This document shows positions 29,501-38,702 of a DNA stretch of 64,000 bases, piece after piece. How positions within the stretch are numbered: position 1 is the first letter of the stretch; every line of letters begins with the position of its first letter. Below the pieces are notes generated by a model, which made no database searches, had not been told where the DNA came from, and saw only the letters and a list, made by a program, of their open reading frames with translations. The stretch lies in assembly GCA_048884965.1 (NCBI GenBank), contig JBHLQH010000001.1, forward strand, positions 96,001 to 160,000. Reading direction: 5' to 3'. The stretch is from Candidatus Thorarchaeota archaeon (lineage in GTDB: Archaea > Asgardarchaeota > Thorarchaeia > Thorarchaeales > Thorarchaeaceae). The position numbers were made by a program, and so were the translations under genes.

Positions 29501-31357
29501 TTGGTCGTATATGATATATCGGGTCACGAAACTTGGCATCCATTTTACATAACTGTAATCGACACAACAGATCCATCCATCGTAATTCCTGAAACCAATC
29601 AGACCTTTGAGCTAGGTCCTCATGGAAGTGTACTAACATGGACGATTTATGATTTGGCTCAAGGTACGTATGAGGCATACTTCAATGGGTCGCTTGACAT
29701 GACAGATGACTGGGTAAGCAATACAGGGACCGAACTGAATGTCGATGGCTATATGCCCGGAGTCTACAATGTAACAGTTGTTCTCTATGACACATCCTGG
29801 AATAGTGTAAAGCATTCAATCAACATGACCGTCATTGACACAACTGCTCCAAGCATTTCCGTGTTCCCCTCTGATGATACAATTGAGGCGGGCACGATGG
29901 GGAATGTGTTGAACTGGACTGTCGTGGAACTTGACCCTGCGTACTACAATGTTACGATAAATTCTGAATTCAGTGAGGAGATAGAATACAACAATGGAAC
30001 TGTGATCCTTGATATTGATGGAATGATACTTGGTTTCTACAATATCACTGTAGAGTTCTTTGACAACAGTGGGAACCTGGTGAATGACTCTGTATACATC
30101 ACGGTTACAGATACAATAGCACCAATGATATCAGCTGAAACTGATATCGTACTTGAGTTCGGTTCAGTTGGAAATGTTGCGAATTGGACATCTACGGATG
30201 TTCTTCCATTTAATTACACAGCATACATTGATGCGACTAACTGGACATCAGGCTTTTGGAGTAATGGGTCTGTAGTTAGTATCGATATTGATGGACTTTC
30301 AGTTGGTAATCACACCTTGCGAATCTACTTTGCTGATACAACGAGCAATACAGACTACGCTGAAATCGTGATTTCAGTTAGAGATAGGACTAATCCTACT
30401 TGGGATCAGCCTCCTGAGGATCAGGTCTTTGAGTATGGAACTAGTTTCTACTATGACATCAACGCAACTGACTTGTCTGTTATTTCCTACTCCATTAACA
30501 ATAGCATCTACTTTGAAATTGATACTGCTAGTGGCGTGATTGCAAACATCACCAATCTTTTGGTCGGTAACTATGGACTACAGATCAATGCTACAGATGC
30601 GTTAGGAAATGTGCTTACGATATCAATCACAATCACTGTTGAGGATACAACAGATCCCCTGTGGATTCAAACTCCTGAACAACAGATCTTGGAACTGGGA
30701 TTGCCCTTCTTCTACGATGTGAATGCATCCGATTTATCCACTCTCTCCTACACAATAGATGACACTACTCACTTCCATATTGATTCATTAAATGGAGAAA
30801 TCACGAATGCTACATTCCTAGATGTGGGTGTATATGAATTACAAGTCACTGCCACTGATAGTGAAGGGAACGTGTTGTCAACAACATTTGTGATTACCGT
30901 TGATGATACTATCTCTCCAGTGATTGACACATCTCCAAATGATATGGAATATACTGAAGGAACGACTGGACACACAGTCATATGGATCGTCACAGACCTA
31001 GATTCAGGTAACTATTCGTTATACATTGATGATGAATACATTTCAACAGAATCTTGGACCTCTCTAGTTCCCATTATCATAGTAGTAGAGGGATTGTCTG
31101 AAGGAGAACACACCATTGAACTTCGCTTCTTTGATAATAGTGGGAATATGATAACAAGCAGTATTACCATCACAGTCACTCCTTCGTTATCAACAAGTAT
31201 AACCAATACTCCTTCAACTCCCATCACGGATACTGCAACTACTCCCATAACTCCCCCTGAAGGCGCACCTATGCTTCTTGTAGTCGTTGGTGTCGGTGTT
31301 TCTGGAATTGTACTGGTTGCTTTGGGTATAGGAGCAATCAAGAAAAGAGCAACGTAA
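26513..31357 (+). CDS. Large cell-surface protein: parallel beta-helix (NosD/PbH1), Ig/cadherin-like repeats, S/T/P linker, C-terminal TM anchor
   Basis: Signal peptide; many GIYL..S..N.I..N repeats; DTTAP/DTTDP modules; terminal TM followed by KKR. Confidence 0.9.
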   Translation: MGTSSMLRKLLTVLLLFTLVLSMFNNLSYPIGDVDSPMSTDKTAINALERGTYDTANAYPEPMDISGNTYSDHAPITITSNSEFLSQKTTESWNGTGVEGDPIEITGYNFTSTSGNLISISNTDLHFTILGNFFRVPTENHNGIYLSNVTNGNITDNYFDKADFGIYLDDANFTTITGNHFTSFAGAYVTSGRNNSISRNYFNTTDTSVMLYSSSTYNNTIYNNTLLGSTYGIYLYGALENVVTLNNITQTSLCGIYLVQTTAAYNVISDNIIHDLVGSGITGIFVSSYAHNNTINLNNISNVTLSVRLSYSDNNTISKNQITNTTQAISVESSQWNEVYLNNISDVSDGFDGAFSLYVYKGGNNTLHHNNISDTDNAVFIYQSGQNDFHQNNIYEVRAFGFNMMTGVLNTISDNEISNGTTAFYLQSSSTSNMFSRNILQFQNQGIQLQTTSHYNSFYENTILNATNYGITSTTSSYLTIYNNTITNSGLRGVNIGPSSYHVIAFNELTNNGQYGIYLDTGLGSQIYNNTVRYHTTTGAYLISTNQHNVSYNTFANSTIGLALVLSSPGYTIGNIFANNSDTGLLLSASNGIPVSDNLFYHNGVYGIRLSNSYGTPIENNTIHSGIQHGIAIETGSDLTFIKNNDILHNGMYGIWVRFGPNTIRLNNISGNGVGVYIDTATSNSIESNFIDSNTDGVRLVDSDDNTILLNMIYNNSQYGIYSESGFPQESTGNHIYNNTVISNGGYGVWLYATARTTEVKWNDFINNTVNAADSNPSSYLNVWDENFYDDWDHVLSYYVIGVTTNDYNPADLPLNPSRVHFMLAPSITSPVTGSDYTGDLTILWNAAYDSDEHAVSYALLYSNDSGSTWNPIVSGLTNTSFYWNATSLAEGTEYQVRLIASDTTNTTLTSDTGAFSIDTQAPRLGVVPSNFTVELSWDPIPVLNFSAYDSNPDWAHVQWLGYEVSEPVYWSNGTLEYLNFPEASVIYGVGVHVLYLVVYDISGHETWHPFYITVIDTTDPSIVIPETNQTFELGPHGSVLTWTIYDLAQGTYEAYFNGSLDMTDDWVSNTGTELNVDGYMPGVYNVTVVLYDTSWNSVKHSINMTVIDTTAPSISVFPSDDTIEAGTMGNVLNWTVVELDPAYYNVTINSEFSEEIEYNNGTVILDIDGMILGFYNITVEFFDNSGNLVNDSVYITVTDTIAPMISAETDIVLEFGSVGNVANWTSTDVLPFNYTAYIDATNWTSGFWSNGSVVSIDIDGLSVGNHTLRIYFADTTSNTDYAEIVISVRDRTNPTWDQPPEDQVFEYGTSFYYDINATDLSVISYSINNSIYFEIDTASGVIANITNLLVGNYGLQINATDALGNVLTISITITVEDTTDPLWIQTPEQQILELGLPFFYDVNASDLSTLSYTIDDTTHFHIDSLNGEITNATFLDVGVYELQVTATDSEGNVLSTTFVITVDDTISPVIDTSPNDMEYTEGTTGHTVIWIVTDLDSGNYSLYIDDEYISTESWTSLVPIIIVVEGLSEGEHTIELRFFDNSGNMITSSITITVTPSLSTSITNTPSTPITDTATTPITPPEGAPMLLVVVGVGVSGIVLVALGIGAIKKRAT

Positions 31358-31379
31358 CTTCTATCGAACTAGCCTTGCA

Positions 31380-31416
31380 AAGACTTTAGAGGATAGAAAA
31401 CTATCCCTGAAGTCTT
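31380..31416. promoter_or_regulatory. Imperfect inverted repeat (terminator or operator) immediately before the preA RBS
   Basis: AAGACTTTAGAGGATAG-AAAA-CTATCCCTGAAGTCTT. Confidence 0.5.
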
Positions 31417-31431
31417 GGAGGTTAGGAACAT

Positions 31432-32643
31432 ATGTCCAAGAGTCGACTGGAGATTGAGTTTGCAGGAATTCATTTCAAGAACCCATTCATGTTATCTTCA
31501 GCACCACCTTCTATGAATCCTAGACTTGTTACTCGTGCAGCTCGTTTGGGATGGGGTGGCGCAGTGTTGAAGACAGTAACAGAAACACCTACAGTGGATC
31601 CTAGAACACGTCTAGGTGCACTCAGGAAAGATAACCAATTAATTGGTATGAACAATATTGAGTTACTTTCTCGAGAAACAGTTGATACATGGATCAACTC
31701 CTATATTCCGAAGATGCGTGAAGAGTCTCCTGAAGACTTTGTGCTTATTGCGAGTATTATGAGTGGCACAGAACCTGAAGGATGGACCACGCTGGCAGAG
31801 AAATTCTCGGTTCCTGGAGTTAGTGCTCTAGAACTGAATGTATCTTGTCCACATGGAGCCCCAGGCAAACATATGGGCGCTTTCATTGGGCAGAATGCTG
31901 GTCTTGTCGAGGAGGTCACCAGAGCCGCAAAGAAAGGTACTGATTTGCCAATTCTAGTCAAGCTAACCCCCAATGTCACAGATGTTGTTCCAATCGCCCG
32001 CGCAGCAAAGAAAGGTGGTGCTGATGGTGTTTCTGCAATAAACACCGTTGAGTCACTAATTGGAATTGATATTGAAACCGCTACTCCTATGCCACAGGCA
32101 TATTCAATCAAGCCAGGCTCCGATTCCAGTACATACGGTGGTTTTTGCGGTCCTGCTGTGAAACCAATTGGACTACGAGTAGTTTCACAGATAGCCAGAG
32201 CTGAACCTAACTTACTAATATCAGGAATTGGAGGGATCGAGGATTGGCATAGTGCTGCTGAGTACATCATGGTAGGAGCTCAGACTCTACAAGTCTGCAC
32301 TGCAGTAATGTGGCACGGATTCGGGATCATCAAGGAGATGACATCAGGACTAGAGGAGTTCATGACACGCAAAGGCTACGAATCGCTCACGTCAATGGTT
32401 GGAGTTGCTTTGCCAAAACTAACTACCTGGGAGGCACTCGATAAGCTACCTCCTGTGGTTGCGAAGATAACAGATGCTTGCACTGGTTGCAAGAAATGCG
32501 TCATTGCATGCGCTGATGGTGGTTATGTTGCAATCCAGATGCGTGGAGAAAGAGCTGTTGTGAATGAGGAGAAATGTGATGGTTGCGGGTTATGTGCGGT
32601 TATATGTGATGATAAAGCTGTAGAGTTTGTCTATCTTATATGA
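31432..32643 (+). CDS. preA: Dihydropyrimidine dehydrogenase subunit PreA (FMN and 2x[4Fe-4S])
   Basis: NPF.LSSAPP, NNIEL, ELNVSCPHG, KLTPN, AINT, GPAVKPI; two CxxCxxCxxxC motifs. Confidence 0.92.
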   Translation: MSKSRLEIEFAGIHFKNPFMLSSAPPSMNPRLVTRAARLGWGGAVLKTVTETPTVDPRTRLGALRKDNQLIGMNNIELLSRETVDTWINSYIPKMREESPEDFVLIASIMSGTEPEGWTTLAEKFSVPGVSALELNVSCPHGAPGKHMGAFIGQNAGLVEEVTRAAKKGTDLPILVKLTPNVTDVVPIARAAKKGGADGVSAINTVESLIGIDIETATPMPQAYSIKPGSDSSTYGGFCGPAVKPIGLRVVSQIARAEPNLLISGIGGIEDWHSAAEYIMVGAQTLQVCTAVMWHGFGIIKEMTSGLEEFMTRKGYESLTSMVGVALPKLTTWEALDKLPPVVAKITDACTGCKKCVIACADGGYVAIQMRGERAVVNEEKCDGCGLCAVICDDKAVEFVYLI

Positions 32644-32698
32644 TTCATTACACAACAATCAAATAGCAGATTCACAGTAATGAAAAGTCCGCAAGGAT

Positions 32699-34162
32699 GT
32701 GTGTGTCTTGACAGCTGAAGTCGTTAAGAATTATATCAATGGAAAATGGGTAGAATCAAAATCGAAGGAAACTAGTGATGTAGTCAATCCTGCAACAGGT
32801 GAGGTAATCGCTAAAACTCCGATGAGTACAGTCGAGGAAACTCAACAAGCTGTAGAGGCAGCCAAGACTGCTTTCAGACGGTGGCGTGCGACTCCAGCTA
32901 TGACTCGTGTTCGTTATCTCAATAGGATTGGCAACGCATATGAGGAGCACTTTGAGGAACTCTCAAAGATTCTTACTGAGGAACAAGGAAAAGCCTTGGA
33001 TGAATCTCGTGGTGAATATCGACGCACTATTGAGAACATTGAATGTGCTACAAGCATACCATCACTGCAAATGGGCTATAATGCTGAAGACATCGCTGCA
33101 GGAATTGATGAGAAGGTGATCAAGCAACCTCTGGGTGTTTTCTTCTGCATCGCTCCTTTCAACTTTCCCGGAATGGTTCCGACTTGGTTCTGGCCATTTG
33201 CAATCGGCACCGGTAACACATACATCGTCAAACCCTCACCTCAAGTCCCATTGAGTCAAGTACGCCAATTTGAGATAATTCATGACCTGGGCTTACCGAA
33301 GGGCGTTCTCAATATGGTGCACGGCGGCGCGGATGTTGCTAATACACTGATTGAAAGCCCCGACACAATTGGTGTGTCTTTTGTGGGTTCCACACATGTT
33401 GGAAAGCTTGTCTACAAGAAAGCTGGTGAGTATGGAAAGCGAGCTCAAGTCCAAGGCGGAGCTAAGAACTTCCTAACAGTCATGCCTGACGCGGATCTTG
33501 AAAGGGCTGTTCCTGCAATCATTACTTCATTCTATGGATGCTCTGGTCAGCGATGTCTGGCCGGAGGAGTCTTGCTAGCTGTTGGTGATATCTATGAGCC
33601 ACTGAAGCAGGCTATAGTTGAAGCATCCAAGCAACTTTCTGTTGGGAACGGATTGGAAGAAGGAATCCAGATGGGCCCCATGGCATCGAAGCATGGAATG
33701 GACCACACATTGAGACTCATAGAATCTGGGATTCAAGAAGGCGCAGAGTTGATTCTTGATGGACGAGGACTAAAGGTTCCCGAGTATCCAAATGGCTTCT
33801 TCATCGGGCCAACTGTCTTTGACAAGGTCAAACCTAATATGAAGATAGCAACTGAGGAGATTTTTGGTCCGGTCATTCCTATCGTTCAGGTGAAGGATCT
33901 TGAGGAAGCAATCGAGCTGATTCATGCTAACAGATATGGGAACGCTTCTTCAGTTTTCACTACAAGTGGTAGTGTTGCGCGTGAATATGCGTATAAAGTT
34001 AAAGCTGGGAATATCGGTATCAATATTGGAGTGGCCGCTCCAATAGCGACATTTCCGTTCTCTGGGATGAAGGATTCATTTCTTGGTGACCTTCATGGAC
34101 AAGGGCGTGATGCAGTAGATTTCTTCACAGAGAATAAGGTCGTTATTGAACGTTGGTTCTGA
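32699..34162 (+). CDS. mmsA: CoA-acylating (methyl)malonate-semialdehyde dehydrogenase
   Basis: PFNFP.M.P.W, SFVGST, GGAKN, GQRCLA, EEIFGPV, GDLH.QG. The start may be TTG 32708. Confidence 0.9.
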   Translation: MCVLTAEVVKNYINGKWVESKSKETSDVVNPATGEVIAKTPMSTVEETQQAVEAAKTAFRRWRATPAMTRVRYLNRIGNAYEEHFEELSKILTEEQGKALDESRGEYRRTIENIECATSIPSLQMGYNAEDIAAGIDEKVIKQPLGVFFCIAPFNFPGMVPTWFWPFAIGTGNTYIVKPSPQVPLSQVRQFEIIHDLGLPKGVLNMVHGGADVANTLIESPDTIGVSFVGSTHVGKLVYKKAGEYGKRAQVQGGAKNFLTVMPDADLERAVPAIITSFYGCSGQRCLAGGVLLAVGDIYEPLKQAIVEASKQLSVGNGLEEGIQMGPMASKHGMDHTLRLIESGIQEGAELILDGRGLKVPEYPNGFFIGPTVFDKVKPNMKIATEEIFGPVIPIVQVKDLEEAIELIHANRYGNASSVFTTSGSVAREYAYKVKAGNIGINIGVAAPIATFPFSGMKDSFLGDLHGQGRDAVDFFTENKVVIERWF

Positions 34163-34174
34163 TATGGATAGGAT

Positions 34175-34615
34175 GTGATCGAACTGGAACTAGGTACTTT
34201 CGGATCTGTGATGAAGTTCGCAATGGATCTAGAATCGTTAGCCAAGGATTACTACGAAGACGCGCTCAAGATGATCTCAAACCCCTCATTCAGATCCATA
34301 CTGGACCATTTGGCTAAAAGAGCCAATGTACGTCTGGCAACACTTGAGAGAATTCGTCGTGAGAACATTACTGAAATGATTCTTGAACCTATCAAAGGAT
34401 TGGATTCTGATGCATATCCATATGAAATGAATCCAAATCCTTCCACTGATGACAAAGATACCCTCGACCTAGCTATCAACCTAGAGGAAACTCGTAAGAA
34501 ATTCTTTGAAGCTGCTGGAAGTAAGATAGAATTTCTGATAGAAGCAGCTGATGCTTTCGAGCGACTTGGAGATGAGAATGCGGAGAATCTTGAATCCCTC
34601 AAAGCTTACCTCTAG
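34175..34615 (+). CDS. Ferritin-like/rubrerythrin-fold protein
   Basis: FAMDLE...DYY and LAINLEE...FF duplicated helix pattern; RRENITEMILEPI. Confidence 0.7.
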   Translation: MIELELGTFGSVMKFAMDLESLAKDYYEDALKMISNPSFRSILDHLAKRANVRLATLERIRRENITEMILEPIKGLDSDAYPYEMNPNPSTDDKDTLDLAINLEETRKKFFEAAGSKIEFLIEAADAFERLGDENAENLESLKAYL

Positions 34616-34653
34616 CCCTAAGAAATAAGTGCTAGTACTGATATCTATAGGCT

Positions 34654-35322
34654 ATGGATCTTATTCTGTACAGCCTCATCTTTTGGGTCGCTGCCATTGT
34701 ATTCACAGGTCTTGAGGTCAGAGAGAAGACTGGAAATGTTATCACCACAATCATCAAAGTGATACCTGCCCTCACGGCTGTCGTGTTTGTATTCTCGTCG
34801 ATACCGTCTCCTTCCCTCTTCTATCCTCTTTTACTGATTGCTTTGGTGTTCTGTGGATTGGGTGACGTCGCTATGGAGTACAATATCCTCCCTGGATTGG
34901 GGATGTTCCTCTTTGGACATATAGTGTTCATCATCAACTTTGTCATGCATAGTACGGTAGGTGTTGACATCATCCCAATTGCTGTATTCTTCATCTGTGT
35001 AGCTATGATGTTGGTCTATATTCTTCTGTTCCATAGATATCTCCTGACGGCAGAAGAACCAACTAAGATGATCAAAGCTGTTGATGTCTATGCTCTTGCT
35101 ATCTCATTCACATTCTGCACCTCGATTTTGCTGTGGCTCTCAACTGCTACTCTCTTTGGATTCTTCCCAATTATTGGAGTTCTATTCTTCATAGCTTCTG
35201 ATTCAATGATAGGGATACGAGAGTTTCACCATCGTTTTCGCTTTGATGAACCTGCCACCATGATTACCTATTATCTCGCGATATTCCTAATATCATTAGC
35301 AGCTATCATTTACATCGTGTAA
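34654..35322 (+). CDS. YhhN/TMEM86 lysoplasmalogenase-family membrane protein
   Basis: K..P, GD..M, GLGMFL.GH, F..SDS.I, TYYLA. Confidence 0.8.
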   Translation: MDLILYSLIFWVAAIVFTGLEVREKTGNVITTIIKVIPALTAVVFVFSSIPSPSLFYPLLLIALVFCGLGDVAMEYNILPGLGMFLFGHIVFIINFVMHSTVGVDIIPIAVFFICVAMMLVYILLFHRYLLTAEEPTKMIKAVDVYALAISFTFCTSILLWLSTATLFGFFPIIGVLFFIASDSMIGIREFHHRFRFDEPATMITYYLAIFLISLAAIIYIV

Positions 35323-35380
35323 AGGATTGTGATGGGAAGACTTGCTTCTTCCTTAATCGAAGAGCTTACTAGCAAATGAT

Positions 35381-36223
35381 GTGAGTGCTTTGCGAAGGAG
35401 TGAGAGTTGCAAAGCTATGCAAGAAGATATTATTCAACTATTGGAGAGATATGACCTTCGGGTCCTCTCAAGTCGATTGGAAGTGGATCCGACCAATATG
35501 TCTGATCTATCCATCGTCTTTTCACACGAATCCTATCAAAATTTTGAAGCCCATCTTTTCACTATTGCCGATGCATGCGGTTGGTACCCACATCTACTAC
35601 ATTCAGGGGATGTAGAGGTTTTGTGTAGTGTTCTTCCAGATGAATCCCAGAAAGCCATCTGTCGTTTCACGGATGCAACAAGAGAGTTGATGCTTCAACT
35701 ACAACGATACAGAGAGCGAATTGCATTAGGAGAAATTCCTAGCTTCATATGGGCACATCACGAATTCCGCTGGCATAGATTCGACTGGGACTCAGCAAAA
35801 TGGGGCTCCCTTCCTTCAGAGGATTACTTGCAGTATGTGGATTCTTCAATTAGATCCCATATTCTACGACTGAACGAGCTCGGCTTTGTGACCAAGGAGA
35901 GTTGTTCTGGTCTCCCTGAAGAACATACTGATCGCGACCCATACTGGCCCTATATCATGTTTGAAGAGAGAGCCTATCCAGGAATCGCGCCTCATCTGTT
36001 TACACTATCTGATATTGCTCTGTGGGATGCAAAATACGCTCCTCACAATTTTGATGTCTATCTCAAGGCTCCACGGGGAGTGGCGACACTCGATTCATTT
36101 TGTAATCTTGTGAATTGTGCGACGGGTCTTTACAGGCATCTTCATGAGCACTCGCAAAAAGTGACCACAGTGAACCTTTCTTCTTTGACCTGGAGAATGA
36201 AATCCTATTCTGTCGAGAAGTAG
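35381..36223 (+). CDS. Hypothetical protein with internal duplication and LNxxGxxTxxSCSG motif
   Basis: Y...EAHLFTIAD...W and Y...APHLFTLSD...W halves. The start may be ATG 35417. Confidence 0.7.
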   Translation: MSALRRSESCKAMQEDIIQLLERYDLRVLSSRLEVDPTNMSDLSIVFSHESYQNFEAHLFTIADACGWYPHLLHSGDVEVLCSVLPDESQKAICRFTDATRELMLQLQRYRERIALGEIPSFIWAHHEFRWHRFDWDSAKWGSLPSEDYLQYVDSSIRSHILRLNELGFVTKESCSGLPEEHTDRDPYWPYIMFEERAYPGIAPHLFTLSDIALWDAKYAPHNFDVYLKAPRGVATLDSFCNLVNCATGLYRHLHEHSQKVTTVNLSSLTWRMKSYSVEK

Positions 36224-36407
36224 ATCTTAACTGAAACGAAATGAACTGGATACTCGAAGGAATATCCAGATATTTTCACAATTCAGTAAGGTTGCAATTA
36301 CTTCAACGATCTACTGGAAGTTAGATGTATTTCAGAAGCTCTACATTTCCGAGAAATCAAGACATATTCCCGTTAGCTCCTACTGGTAGAGGTTCGAGGC
36401 GTGTCAA

Positions 36408-37253
36408 ATGAAGTATGGAATATCATTGCCAAATTTTGGATGGTTTGGTGATATCAATGTGCTCATTGATGTTGCCACTGATGCAGAGGACGCAGGATGG
36501 GACGGATTCTTCCTATGGGATCATATGTTGGTTTTCAAAGAGGATCATACAATCTTTTCCGATCCCAATATTGCTCTTTCAGCTATAGCATGCAATACAA
36601 AGAAGATTTCATTCGGTCCGATGGTCACACCACTTCCTCGAAGACGTCCTTGGAAGGTAGCTCGAGAATGTGTCACTCTGGATCATCTCTCAAAGGGACG
36701 TTTCATTCTAGGGGTGGGAATCGGTGCTCCTCCTGATCCTGAATTCACAGCCTTCGGTGAGGAACCAAGTGCAAAAATCCGTGCGGAAAAATTAGATGAG
36801 AGCTTGGATATCATCACAGGTCTCTGGACCGGAGAACCCTTCTCATATACTGGCCATCACTATCAGGTTGACAATGTGACTTTTCTCCCCAGACCGTATC
36901 AGAAGCAGGGGATTCCCATATGGGTAGGTGGGGGCATTCCTCATAAATCACCATTCAGGCGTGCTGCTAGATTTCAAGGAGTAATTCCTATTCACTCTCA
37001 ATGGCCTACTCCTATTCAACCTTCTGATCTCAATGGTGTACTTAACATAGTGAAAGCAGAACGTGGTAGTCTAGATGACTATGAGGTAGTGATATGCGGG
37101 GAAACGACTGGTGATGATGAAAACAAGGACCAGGAAATTCTTCAGCCTTGGTTAGATGCAGGTATCACTTGGTGGCTTGAGGATATCAATGGAATGCGAG
37201 CGACTGTCGATATCCTCAGAGAGAGAATTCGAAATGGACCTCCCAAGATCTAG
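36408..37253 (+). CDS. LLM-class flavin-dependent oxidoreductase
   Basis: AEDAGWDG.FLWDH, RRRPWKVARE..TLDHLSKGR, PIWVGG. Confidence 0.9.
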   Translation: MKYGISLPNFGWFGDINVLIDVATDAEDAGWDGFFLWDHMLVFKEDHTIFSDPNIALSAIACNTKKISFGPMVTPLPRRRPWKVARECVTLDHLSKGRFILGVGIGAPPDPEFTAFGEEPSAKIRAEKLDESLDIITGLWTGEPFSYTGHHYQVDNVTFLPRPYQKQGIPIWVGGGIPHKSPFRRAARFQGVIPIHSQWPTPIQPSDLNGVLNIVKAERGSLDDYEVVICGETTGDDENKDQEILQPWLDAGITWWLEDINGMRATVDILRERIRNGPPKI

Positions 37254-37278
37254 ATGTCACATTCATTGGCACAGATAG

Positions 37279-37309
37279 AAAAAGAAGAGGAGTGATTACA
37301 GCACTCCTC
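37279..37309 (-). terminator. Terminator hairpin of the MFS gene
   Basis: GAGGAGTG...CACTCCTC stem preceded by an A-tract (T-tract on the minus strand). Confidence 0.6.
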
Positions 37310-37324
37310 ATGCTACGAGAAGAA

Positions 37325-38566
37325 TTACCTCTCCATTTCGATTGCTTCAAGCTCCTTGCCCTTTGTTTCAAGTGGCTTTGCTAGAAGCGTAAAGAGTGGG
37401 ACTATCATGAGTAGGCCAGCAATAATCCAGAACCCATCCATAATCGGGAATATTGCAAGTAGTGCCGAGGATATCAATGGTCCTACAACATAACCAAACC
37501 GAGCTCCTGTTACACATACCCCCACACTAGTGGTCCGTATCTCTGTTGGGAAGATCTCAGCAAGGTAAACGTATATCCATGCAAGAACCGCTGCCATGAA
37601 GAAGAAGGCTCCCCAATAGAAGTACTGTAGACCTGTGATTCCAAGGCCTACCAGACTGATTACTGATCCCAATGAGCCCATCACTAGTACCACATTCCTA
37701 CCGACCTTGTCTAAGAGGATTCCTGAAATCAATGCACTAACTGGCAGAAGGAGACCTGCAACGGTTAACACTGATGTCCATGCTTCAGGAGTTAATCCCT
37801 GTACGGTCTGGAAGTACTCACCTCCCCAAGATGTAGCCATCTTGAATGAGATAGTCCAAACAAGGTATACTACGGTCGCAAGTAGAATGTATTTTCTATC
37901 CTTCCTCTCGATCTTTCGTATAGCTTCCATGACTCCAAGTCGCTTCTCTCTGGTTGCTGCGCTGTCCTTCCATCGCTGAGTTTCTTTCATCCCAAAGGTC
38001 ATGAGAAGTACTACAACCATTAGAATGAACATGATTCCATAGCCCCATCTCCAACCTACAGCATAGATGATCCTATTTCCAAGAATAGCATATAATGGGA
38101 TCACTCCGATGAGAAACGCCAGACTACCATATAATCCTCTTTTGCTAGCAGGTGCTTCCTCTGATATTGGAATTTCCCAAAGATTTGATGTGGTTCCCAT
38201 TATTACCAGTGAATAGAGTAGTAGGAAGATGTATACATTCACTGATAGAAAAACAATCAGAATGGCTGGAATTCCCATAGTCAATACCAAGACTTGGATG
38301 CCCTTCTTCCTTCCATAGGCATCTCCAAACCATCCAATGAAGAATACTGCAAACACGAGAATCCCAAACAGTCCTTGGAGCAATGCAAATTCACTCCTTG
38401 CCACCTCATTTGTTGCGGAGGGCCAGAACTCGTTCAAAATCTCGGGAATTGCTGTCGCTTCTATCAATGATAGCCAACTATCAAGTTGGCTAACAAGTCC
38501 CATGAGAACAATCAGGAAAACCATGTATCCTTTGGAAACCTTTGTAGCAGGCTTTTCACTTTCCAT
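37325..38566 (-). CDS. MFS transporter
   Basis: GDAYGRK, DKVGR, AEIFPTEIR; 12 TM. Confidence 0.9.
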   Translation of the reverse strand: MESEKPATKVSKGYMVFLIVLMGLVSQLDSWLSLIEATAIPEILNEFWPSATNEVARSEFALLQGLFGILVFAVFFIGWFGDAYGRKKGIQVLVLTMGIPAILIVFLSVNVYIFLLLYSLVIMGTTSNLWEIPISEEAPASKRGLYGSLAFLIGVIPLYAILGNRIIYAVGWRWGYGIMFILMVVVLLMTFGMKETQRWKDSAATREKRLGVMEAIRKIERKDRKYILLATVVYLVWTISFKMATSWGGEYFQTVQGLTPEAWTSVLTVAGLLLPVSALISGILLDKVGRNVVLVMGSLGSVISLVGLGITGLQYFYWGAFFFMAAVLAWIYVYLAEIFPTEIRTTSVGVCVTGARFGYVVGPLISSALLAIFPIMDGFWIIAGLLMIVPLFTLLAKPLETKGKELEAIEMER

Positions 38567-38638
38567 CTCTCATTCCTCGCGAATACAAATCGTAAAGAGA
38601 AAGATTGACACGCGAGTATTATAGTCTTTTTATCGGCG

Positions 38639-38654
38639 GAAATTGTACGATTTC
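38639..38654. promoter_or_regulatory. Imperfect palindrome, candidate operator upstream of the MFS TATA box
   Basis: GAAATTGTACGATTTC (14/16 symmetric). A minus-strand TATAATA lies near 38617-38623. Confidence 0.45.
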
Positions 38655-38702
38655 TAGCAAATTGATAACTTGGTTGTGCATTTTCATTCATTAGAGCGTT
38701 AG

